Assembly: GCA_050273025.1 (NCBI GenBank)
Contig: CP158635.1
Span: 11,656,001 to 11,720,000 of the forward strand
From: Cenococcum geophilum
Lineage: Eukaryota
Length of the DNA: 64,000 nt
Direction of reading: 5' to 3'
Below, piece by piece: positions 40,083 through 50,593 of the stretch; within the stretch, counting starts at the first letter, position 1, and each line of letters opens with the position of its first letter. Below the pieces are notes generated by a model, which saw only the letters and a list, made by a program, of their open reading frames with translations, was not told where the DNA came from and searched no databases. The position numbers and the translations under genes were made by a program.

Positions 40083-40722
40083 GTACCTAAAGAGCTTAAA
40101 TAATTCTTAGTTAAAAATATAATAAAAGAACTTTAGATTATATATATTTAAAACTAAATTAAAAAGTACCTAAAATTAGATTAAAATATATTAGAAACTT
40201 AATTAAATTTTATAGCTATATTTAACTCTAAGATACTATTTTATAGGCCTAAAAAAATTATTTAAGTTAGAATATATATTAAATATATTCTAAATACGTT
40301 CTAAATACGTTCTAAATACGTTCTAAATACATTATAACTAGGTAAGTTGTGTAGTAGAATAAGCGATTTAGGCTCGGTTGACCATACGACTTTGTATTTT
40401 GAGCTGGGGCTGCCCCGTACAGGGATTGTGCATTAGCGCTTATGGTAGGCCGACCTTTTAGCGTGGCCTAGCCGACCTGTAACCACTATCGGTGCCAGCA
40501 CTGAGAACTCCTAGTACCGCCGACCTTTTGCCGGCGGTGACCACGTTCAACTTTTCCGTGACTGCACCCCGCGAAACCATGACACAGGGTTAACAACTTA
40601 CCGACCTCTCGACACAGACCCTGTAGGGAGCTACATCCTCGGCCGCCACTCACTCCGAGTTACCGTACGACAAGACAATCTATTAAGAACGGCTTCCTAA
40701 GCACGAGCCCTCCGCCGCCGGC

Positions 40723-43442
40723 ATGGCTGTTCGGCGACCCTCTGGGCGCAAAGACTTCGAGATTGGGATAATTTGCGCATTACCACCAGAATACGACGCT
40801 GTTTCCCTTATCTTTGACGAATTTTGGGATGAAGATGGCGACCCGTACGGGAAAGCGACTGGAGACCACAATTACTACACGACTGGTCGCATTGGCAAGT
40901 ATAACGTCGTCCTGGCTCTGCTTTCTCACATAGGTAAAACCAACGCTACCAGCGCAGCCCATAGCTTACGGCTAAGCTATAGTGGGCTGTGGCTTGTTCT
41001 CCTTGTTGGAATCTGCGGCAGGGTGCCTCGCGTTGGCGCTAAGGAAATCTTGCTAGGCAATGTGGTTATTAGCAAGACTATCGTCCAATATGACTTTAGC
41101 AGGCGATATCCTAATGGGTTTATACGGAAAGATACCATTAAGGATAACCTTAGCAAGCCAAATAAGGAGGTCCGGAACTTATTAGTTATGTTTAAGACGG
41201 ACCGTAGCATAGAACTGCTTTATCGAAGAACTGCGAGCTTCCTTAAAGAGCTCTAGGCAATAGCCGCGAAACGGAGGGGGGGTTGAGGTAAATACAACTA
41301 CCCTGGGACGGCTGAGGATAAGCTATTTGAATCGAATTATACACACGGTAGGGAGTACCGTAGAACACCCAGCCATGTCTGCGACGAGTCCTTTAACCTA
41401 TCTTGCGAGGAGGTGGGATGCGATAAAAGGCGCTTGGTGCCAAGGGAACGACTTAAGATAAAACAACAGCTAGAGCCTAATAATATCAACGAAGCATAAA
41501 AGCCTGCCATCTATGTCGGGCCTATTGCGTTAGGTGATATAGTTATAAAGTCTAGGGAAGACCGAGATACAATTGCAAGGAAAGAAGGTGTTATTGCATT
41601 CGAGATGGAGGCAGTAGGCGTCTGGGAAGAGCTGCCTTGTTGCATTATTATTAAAGGAGTATGCGACTATGCTGACAGTCATAAAAATAAGAAATGGTAG
41701 AATTTTGCTGCTGCTACCGCGTCTTCCGTTACAAAGGTTCTTCTAGAACGTCTTATCCAAGAAGACAAACCGTTGGCGCCGGCTATGCGTGACGGTGGGT
41801 TCTAAATTTCTTTGAACCTACTAGTAAGATTACAAAATCTAAACTAACACTGCTAGTGCCTTAGAACGAGCTGATGCGTCCAATATGCTCCAAAACAGTA
41901 TCCTAGGTTATAATATTGCGAGATTATAACAAGGGAACAATATTATAGGACTGCCAGAACCAAATTAGTTAACTATTCTTATAAGCCAACTAGCTTAAGG
42001 CCTGCCTCCCCAAATCAAGTATCAAGACCCTGTGATGGTAATTGATGCGCGGAATCGACCTATACCCTTTTTTTTAGACACAATAGGTTCTGTAGAGGTC
42101 CGCAAAGACGCTTTATTGCAGCCTTGACGTAGTATAGGGACGCTAACGTATATCTAGCTCTTCACCAAAATTCTAAAGGAGAAGTTTAAAGACCTTGGGT
42201 TAGGAAAGATAAAGCGAGGGGAATAGTACCTTAAGGACCACTATTCTGGGCAAATCCTTAATCTTACAAAACCTTGGAAATCGCTTATAAGGGTAGGTCT
42301 CCTAGGCTAAAGGAGGTGTATGCTAGTATACTAACTCCAGTAGCCTGGCCAACGCCTTAATATGGCTATGATATTCCGCCGACGGAATATATTATCTATA
42401 TAATGTCCAGTATACCATTCCAAGAATATTGGTGATCCTAAAATATAAGTAACATAGTAGGTATTCCTAACTGTTATTATATTGGAACTGCTTAACTTAG
42501 ATATAGTATAGCCATGTATGCGCTTTAACGTATCGCCGTATTAAGGAAATCCAAGAGATACCTGTCCTAGAGGAAGATTCTTAGCCTCAGCCAAGGACAG
42601 CAGTCCCTCAAGTAACTCCTAAGGGAAAGCATAAAGTTCTAGCGCCCTTACTAAGACCTAGACCACTAAAACCACAGAATAACGACGACGATATTAGCCG
42701 TTATAGCCGTGTGTAGGTTATTGACACTAGTTTCCAGATCCAAAAGGCTGGGAAAGGTAAGATGGTAGCGGGTCTAGCTACGCTAAGCATGCAGGATTTG
42801 GGCGATCCCGAACGCCTAGCAGCATATCTTGCAACAGTTTGCGGTCTCCCGGAGGAGGATTGCCTAGTCGCTCTAAGGGAGTGCGAGGCGCAGCTCCTAG
42901 CTATAAGGGCCGAATTATCATCGCCTATCAAAATGGGTGACCCAATTAGCTCTGCATTTGGTATTGTCCGTGTCCTCAAAAGCGCCTACGACCTCTACAA
43001 TGCCTGCACACAGGCCGGAGAAGATTTTCGTACCCTTTCGAAGCATGTGCAAGGCATGATGATTGTTCTCGAAGGAGTCAATTCTGATCTTGTTAAAAAT
43101 CCTCGGTCCGTCGTCAATCGCGGAGATTACATAGCAAGGAACAAATCAACGCGTCTGAAAAATTTTATCGTGAGCTGCGAGGCTAGCCTAACGAAAGTAG
43201 AGGCGTTACTAGCAAAATATCACAGTTTCCAAAGGATCCGTCCTAGCGACTGGGATAGCTTCAAATGGGGGGCTAGTGGAAAAGCCGAAATCGCAAATAT
43301 TGAAGCCGATCTAATCTTATCGACTCTACTGCTGAACGCATTTATGGCGAAAGAGGGACTTAACGTACTCGACCGAGTTGAGCAAGCGATTTAGTCATTG
43401 ATAGGACGGTTTGACCGGCTAGGATACGGACAGTAACACTTG
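40723..43442 (+). pseudogene. RIP-damaged fusion gene: PNP_UDP nucleoside phosphorylase domain + ubiquitin-like domain + HeLo-like (fungal STAND N-terminal) domain; 3' end cut by an LTR
   Basis: PNP motifs IGIICALPPE, LLVGICG, AFEME, KGVCDYADSHKNKKW (40723-41790). After an intron: QDPVMVIDARNRPIPFFL...PGQRLNMAMIF...CP-C (~42000-42550). In frame with MGDPISSAFGIV...AYDLYNAC...WDSFKW (42933-43394). In-frame stops at Gln/Trp/Arg positions (41254, 41284, 41497, 41698, 43392). Confidence 0.85.
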
Positions 43443-43872
43443 TGTCGAACGGAATCTGGATGTCTCAGTTGCCTGTACTCCTCTCCCCCTCATATATATA
43501 GCCTCTATTTCTTCATAGATCAATCTTTACACGAGTCCTCCTGTAACCGACTACGGTACCCTACCAAAACACTACCCTGTCTTGTCTCGTGTCACCGTAT
43601 AAACCTTGACTCGGTCACCGACTCGGTCACCGACTCAGTCAATTACCCACTTATTGTCTACACCTTTCTCATGTATATATATCACTTGATTTCCATAGAT
43701 TTACAATTAAGTCGCTTATTCAATCCTTCACACTGCAAAGCTTACACCTCCTTTCCTGACCTTATTTTCAGGTCGACAGTTATGAGCCCGGGGTTGTTTC
43801 CCACACAGTGATTACCACTTTTGATCAGCTGTTCCTATAGGCTCGTGTCCGGGTACCGCTTGTACTCGTGAT
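43443..43872 (+). mobile_element. Truncated Copia 5' end: LTR 43443-43778 plus PBS-like site
   Basis: tgtcgaac...ggtcgaca followed by gttatgagccc, typical of fungal Copia leaders. Confidence 0.65.
43542..43746. mobile_element. Solo LTR nested in the preceding LTR
   Basis: tgtaacc...gcttaca; TSD CCTCC; related to 50379-50593. Confidence 0.88.
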
Positions 43873-46557
43873 CAGGGTGGTTTTGGATAAATCTTATCGC
43901 GATAAGGATATCCATTACGTCGTATCGCGATAAGTCTTGGCATACCCCAAATAAATCCCCAGTCGCCTTCTTTTTCTTTATTATCGTATAAAATATAGCT
44001 TTAAAAGTAGAATTAGAAATTCTCGACTCTATTAATACCTCTAAATTAAAAATATAAGAGGTTACTTAGCTAGGTGGTTATATATTTTTAATTAAACGTT
44101 ATTATTAACCCAAGGTACGAGTGGTCTATATTTTCGGGTCCCAGATTTCAAACTTTGCCAAGCCAGCTTTTAATTAGTCTAAAAAAAGCCGCGGGCGGTA
44201 TCTACCTGCAAAATACACGTGACGAACTTCAAAACATTAAGTTTAACTAAAGCTCTGCAAAAGCTCTGTATTAAGCTCTACCAAAGCCCTGCAAAAGCTC
44301 TACACAAAGCTCTACAAAAGCTTTACCAAAAGCTCTACCAAAGGCTTTGCAGCACCTCTGCCTACTTAGTGTACTGGCCACGTAGTAAATGGAGCACGCA
44401 GTGCGCAGGGGGGTCCAAGGGGGTCTCCCCCTTGAAGCTCTGCTCAAAGCTCTGCTCGAAGCTTTACTTGAAGCCCTATACGGAGCTCCAAAGCTCTACT
44501 AATACGCAGCACTAATATACTAGGAAGTCTCACAATCATCTCGATGAACGCCTCTACAAACACCTCTACGACGGCTCTACAATTGGCTGTATAATCGTCC
44601 GTACAAACGGCTCTATAAACGGCTCTACAAACATCTACACGATCGCCCGTACGAACACCCATACGATCGATTAATCAAACATCCATACAATCAATCAATC
44701 AGACGCCTATACAATTAATCAGACGCCCGTATAAACGTCTCTACGAGTGTCTATAAACGTCTCCACGAACGTCTACAATCGCCTATACAATCGTCCATAC
44801 GAACGTCTATACAAACGCCTGCACGAACGTCTACACGAACGCCTGCATAAACGCCTGCACAAACGCCTATATAAAGCTCTGCTCGAAGCTCTATACAAAG
44901 TCGTTTATAAGGCCTTTAAAAACAAGCCTAAATACAAGCTCTATTAAAGCTCTACATAAGGCTCTATCAAAGCTCTGCATAGAGCTCTACTAAAGCTCTA
45001 CAAAAGCTCTGCATAAACCTCCGTACAAAGCTCTATAAAAGCTCTGCACAAACCTCCGTACAAAGCTCTGCAAAAGCTCTACTAAAAGCTCTACTAAAAG
45101 CTCTACCAAAGCCTCTACTAAAGCCTCTGCAAGAGCTCTGCCTACGCAATAAATGGAGTACGTAGTGCGCAGGGGGGTCCAAGGGGGTCTCCCCTTAAGC
45201 TTAAAGTTCTACTTGGAGCTCTATTTAAAGCCTAATACAGAGCTCTAAAGCTCTACTAATACGCAGTACTAATATACTAGGAAGGTTCTATAATTGGCCA
45301 TACAAACATCTGTACGATTAATCGCCGTATAATTGTCTCTACAAACGGCTCTATAAACGGCTCTATAAACGTCTACACAATTGCCCATACAAACGCCCGT
45401 ACAAACACCCATATAATTAATTAATTAAACACCTATACGAACGATTAATTAAACACCCATATAATTAATTAATTAAACACCTATACGAACGATTAATTAA
45501 ACGTCTATATGATTAACTAATTAAACGTCTATATGATTAACTAATTAAACGTCTATATAATTGCCTATACGATTGTCTCTATAAACGTCTCTATAATTAA
45601 TCGCCCGTATAAATGTATGCATACCTATTGTAACGTGGCCCGCCTCCACGTCGCCATACGGCCAAAAAGACTGAGAGTGCTTGCGAACTTGTCGCAAGCG
45701 CGGCGGGACCTAATATATATACTCTTACACCTATATATAGCTCTATAGAAGCTCTATATAAAGCGCTATATAAAGCTCTACACAAAGCTCTATAAAAGCT
45801 CTACTAAACGCTCTACTAAAGCCTCTATAAAAGCTTTGCCTATGTAGTAAATAAAGTATATAGTGCGCAGGGGGGGTCTAAGGAGATCTCCCCCTTAAGC
45901 TTAAAACTCTACTTAAAGCTCTACTTAAAGCCTAATACAGAGCTCTAAAGCTTTACTAATATATAGCACTAATATACTAGGAAGGCTCTATAATTATCTA
46001 TATAAACGGCTTTATAAACGGCTCTATAAATATCTATATAATCGCCTATATAAACGCCTATATAATTGGTTGATTAATTAATTAATTGCCTATATAAACG
46101 CCTACATAATTAATTAATTAATTGACTAAACGCCTATACAAATGTCTCTATAAACGGCTCTATAAATAGCTCTATGCATAGCTCTATGCATAGCTCTATA
46201 AACGTCCATATAATTAATTAATTAAATGCCTATATAATTGCCTATACAGTTATCTCTATAAATATCTCTATAATTAATCGCCAGAATAAATGGCTGCACG
46301 TTTATATATCTATATATCTGCACGTAGCTCTACGCAAGACTCTATATAAAGCTCCGTATAAGGCTCTATTAAAGCTCTACCTAAAGCTTACCCCCTACTA
46401 TAAAGCATAATGAAGGTATAGGATTTACGAAATAAATCTATACCTATTAGTATATGTTAATTAAGCTCTATACAATACGGCTCTAAATTAAAGCTTTAGG
46501 TTAATTAATTAGCTTATTAATTATAAACTTAGGTTAAATTTTTTGTTAGGAGTACTA
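43873..46557. repeat. Unpaired DNA-transposon-like ends followed by a higher-order tandem array (about 3 x 700-760 bp of ~12-bp subunits)
   Basis: CAGGGTGG start with tatcgcgataag repeats (43873); TTAA-CCCAAGG at 44105-44115; unit marker gcgcagggggg(g)tc at 44403, 45167 and 45865; aaagctcta/aaacgccta subunits. Confidence 0.75.
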
Positions 46558-48286
46558 TAAGGGGTGCGGCCGAGTGTAGAATTACATACCAATCGCTTTA
46601 AGTTTAGCGTAGATATTCTGCCTACTAATTAACTCCCCTGCATATATAAGGCGGTGAAGCCCTTAGCCTTATATTTTTAGTGTTAATTCTTAATAAATGC
46701 GTAAACAACACTATAAAATGCCCTTTTACTACGCCGGCGGCCGCTTATACGGCTTAATTAACACTCCTTATATAATAAAGGCAGCTATAATTACCTTAAG
46801 GCTCTTTAAAAAGGATTCTTGGTATAAAATTAAGCGTTAAACTGGGGTTAATTACTCTATATATATTAAGATCTTCTAAAAAGCAGAGGAGGATGCCAGG
46901 AATTGCAATTTCTATAATATATTGGCTATACTAAATAGAACTAAGCACCCTAGGCAATAGCTAAAGGTAAAAAATAGTAGTAAGTTGTCTTATAAAATAT
47001 GGTAAGATATCCTACGCTTTAAAGACTATTTATTTAAAGAAGCTGCAGTACTAGCTATCACTATAGCTAGCCTCCCTTTATAGAAACTGGGCCATAAACC
47101 GCTTACCAGATTAACTATTAAGAAGATCACCCATAAGCACTGGGATCCCCTCTATAATAAGCCAATTATATAGGGAATTAGGCCTTATAAGCTAGCTCTT
47201 AATATAAATTAAAAAGACCTAAGATTTAAGTACTATTAAACAGACCTAGGGAAATGTTATTTTTATCTGTTTTAATAAGAGCCTTAAGCAGTTTAGGCTA
47301 GGCAAATTTAGGGGAGAAAAAGCTAGAGTCTTTAGGCCTTAGGGAGCTGATGCTAATAAGTATATAACTTATACGCGAGCCCCCTATTTCTCCTTCTCTT
47401 TTTAGGGTATAATATACTTAGATCCATTTATTCCCCAGCCTTATATTATCTAGGAGCCTAAATCTAATAAGTAGCAGGCTAAATTATAGTGGGAGGTAAT
47501 TATTAATAATAAGAAGGCTAAAGAAAGGGCTAAGAAGAAGTAGGAGAATATATCTATTCCTAGTACTATAGAATATAATTATATACAGGAGATTAATAAT
47601 AAGATTGCTAGGGATAATTAGCGTCTTAAGTAGCAGGGGATTAAAAAAGGAAGACGTTATCTCTATAGGCCTAATTAAGAGTATCTATATAAGGTTTTTA
47701 TAAGAAGAAAAGGTAAAGGGATAAATATAGCTTAGTATACAAACCGCATTCTTAAGCCTCTTCTTTATTCTTACTATATAGCGGTTAAAAAGGCTAATCC
47801 TAATAAGGAGGTGTGGTTAATTAAGGATAATATAGCTCTACATAGGTCTGCTTAAAGGAAGCTTTTTTATCTAGCTAAAGAGCTAGGTATTCTCTTTGTA
47901 GATTATCCTTTTAATTTACCTAATTTATACCTAATTAAGCGGCGTTTTGGGAGATTAAACTATAAGGTTAATATCTATAATTGCAACAGCGCTTTAAAGG
48001 CTGCTAAGAAGGTAGTAAGAGAGTAGTTAAGTAAGATATAGAGGGAGGATAAAGATTTAGGTAATTACATTCTTTATTAGGCCTTAAATAATACCTTTCT
48101 ATTAGTTACAGAGAAATGTAAATTAAAGGGTAGAAATAACAACTTTACGGCATAAATTTATACTTAGTATAGTGTATTATTATATAAAATTAAATAAGTT
48201 ATAGTGGTTTAAATGCGGGTGCAGCATTTCGGTGTTCGCACCCCTGCGCTTACGTAATGTAATTCTTTACTCGGCCGCACCCCTTA
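46558..48286 (+). mobile_element. Tc1/mariner DNA transposon, copy 2 (direct repeat of 18042-19790)
   Basis: Same TIRs and TA flanks. Differs from copy 1 by RIP-type changes and a ~20-bp indel near 47235. Confidence 0.92.
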
Positions 48287-48451
48287 TAACCTTATAATTT
48301 TTAACGTTTCTTATACTCTAATAAACTTATTATATACCTTCTTTTGCTTATTAAGGGAGTGTCTAGTTAACTAGCAATTTGGCTTCTTATAAACGTAGCA
48401 CTTTTTTTAGCAATTATTTTAGAATAAACCTCTATAAGGACCTCCATAATT

Positions 48452-49445
48452 ATTATTCATTTATTGCTTAACGTCTAATACGGATCCTATGCGGCCCACG
48501 CAGACTACTCCGTACACAGGGGAAACTTGTAAATTTATAGGAAGAAAAACCCCTGATATGTTAGGGGAGGAAAAACCCTATAAGCCACCTCAGTAGGATA
48601 AAAAACCCCGATTTGCCATGTCCGTCCATAGCAGCGGCCCTGCGGGCCTATAGCTACGTCCTATCCTCCTTAGATGTTTGAACTCCTTAGGAACCACTGC
48701 TTCCTTCCTTAGCTTATCCAAGCTAGGGTTTACTACGCCCTAGCTAGGCCTTGCCAATTAATTGCTGTATACTTTATGTTCCAAATCTTAACCATCCCCT
48801 ATATACTATCTCCTGTAGACCATTACCATATACGCCTTGCCTCCCCCCCCTAGAGCCATCAAAGGCGTAAAGGGGATTCATCCATTAACCACTGTAATAC
48901 CAAGCGCGCGGGATATTGTATATTTTGGGTATCTTTTATGCCTAGGCCCCAGCTAGGCCCTTTCTAAGGGTCACCACTCCGTCAAAAGAAGACAGGGAAA
49001 ACCGTGGGTCGCAATCCAGGCTGCTAAATACTCGGTAGATGATGGCGAGTAACCACATGCTCCGCGGGCGATCGCCCTAGGGGTTAGGAGGGGCCGTATA
49101 TTTGCTCGTTCGTTCGTTCGCGTCCGTTCGTTCGTTAATATAAGGTCGTCGATGCTTTCAATTGGGGGTCAGGGGGATGTTATTGAATGCCGTGCATCCA
49201 TGTTAGATCGTACAGGTGCCCTAGGTAGGAGAACAGCGTAGTAGCCGTTTTGTAGAGGGCCAACAGTAGTGGTTTTCGAGATCTCACCATCTGAAAATTT
49301 TTCACCACCGCCCACAACGCACAACCACCACCAGGTCCTGCCCGCACGCTGTGCGACGTCTCTGCGTTGGCTCTGAGTCTGAACTTCGAAGACTTAGGTT
49401 CGTAGCCGTCACCACGTACAGGTGCAGAGTCCGTTTTCGACGGCC
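48452..49445 (-). mobile_element. 994-bp non-coding SINE-like retroposon with 5' ribozyme and LINE-like 3' end
   Basis: 15-bp TSD aggacctccataatt (48437-48451, 49446-49460); the empty site is single-copy in the sister Copia (~35853-35870); A-rich tail; no long ORF. Confidence 0.92.
49360..49445 (-). ncRNA. HDV-like self-cleaving ribozyme (predicted)
   Basis: RNA GGCCGUC GAAAACGGA CUCUGC ACC UGUACGU GGU GACGGCU AC GAAC CUAAGUC UUCGAAGUUCA GACUCAG AG CCAAC GCAGAG. 7-bp P1 with G1.U wobble, 6-bp P2, 3-bp P3, 7-nt L3, 2-bp P1.1, P4 hairpin and J4/2 with candidate catalytic C, all in HDV order. Confidence 0.85.
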
Positions 49446-50378
49446 AGGACCTCCATAATTGCTTTATAGTTAACGTTAATTATACCCTTTACTATATTCC
49501 CTACCACGGCTACTATATATTCGGTTAGTCTAGTTATAATTATATTAGTTAGAAACGCTTAGTTAGGTAAAGCTTTTAGTATAAAACTGTTAAGATTTTT
49601 ATATTTATATTATAGTACCTATAGCGGAGCGTAGCTTAGTATATACTCCTTTAAATATATTTATAGGTTTATATAGCACTAAGTTATACTTAGGAACGCT
49701 ATAGTAGGCTAAGATAATCTAGTCCCTTAGACTGTTCTTATTTTAGTAAGTTTTAGTAAGGCTATATTGGATTTTTTGGAGTTTATTAAAGAGTAGTTAA
49801 AGGCACTCTAAATAAGTCTTTATTGGGTTAAAAGTAATAACTTTCTAAAATATAGTCTCCCGCCATTCGGATATATAAAGTTAGCAATTCTTATTAGTTT
49901 TAAAGTAGGCTTTAGTAAGCTAAAGCATTATATTAAAGCTATAGTTTTTACCCGTAATATAGTTATAATAGAATATTACTGCCTATCCCTTTAATATAAT
50001 AGAGAAAGCGTAGTGGTACTAGTGGTATTAAATTTTAACCTTATTATAACAGTTATAGAAAACCTATAGTTTTACTCCGAGTATATTATATAATTTTCCT
50101 TTAAACTTCTTCTCTTTATCTAAATATACCCTTATTAGATTTGTAACTTTTTATAATAAAAGCTTACCAGTTAGCTAAAGTAGAGAAGCTAAAGGTGGCG
50201 GAGGTAGAGGAAGAGTACCTTTAGGTAGGAGAGCACCTTTAGGTGGGAGAGCACCTCTAGGTAGAAGAGTAGCGTTTTAGGGTTTTTATTTTAAATTAAA
50301 GTTACCTTCTAAAGAATATAGGTTGGTTTTAGGTTTTTATAGTTAACGTATAATCTTAGCTTCTGTTTATACTGGTTC

Positions 50379-50593
50379 TGTAACCAACTACTAGACCTTG
50401 CATATTACCCTATTCACTAGCGTTAGCACTACCCTCGTATACCTCGTATATCTTATATTACCCTATTTCGACTACGTATTAGTCTCCCCTTTTATCTTAT
50501 TGCCTATACCTTTCTCATGTATATATACCACTTGATTTCCATAGATTTACAATTAAGTTGCTCGTTTAATACCTACACACTATAAAGCTTACA
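50379..50593. mobile_element. Solo LTR in Copia gag
   Basis: tgtaacc...gcttaca; TSD GGTTC; related to 43542-43746. Confidence 0.88.

Larger units (their letters stand above)
24856..40479. mobile_element. TA-flanked non-autonomous TIR element hosting two LINE insertions and a Copia
   Basis: TIRs (c/t)aggtcggccagaccacgctaaaaggtcggcc / ggccgaccttttagcgtggcctagccgacctg; TA on both sides; very AT-rich non-coding core of ~1.3 kb once insertions are removed. Confidence 0.8.
22099..40503. mobile_element. Non-autonomous hAT-type element expanded to 18.4 kb by nested insertions
   Basis: TIRs (c/t)agtgctggcaccgata / tatcggtgccagcactg; 8-bp TSD AGAACTCC (22091-22098, 40504-40511); ccgata-rich subterminal repeats at 22110-22180 and 24790-24848. 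Confidence 0.9.

Noticed and set aside
44219..45785. Short ORFs rich in KL/YK repeats
   Set aside because: By-products of the 12-bp tandem array.
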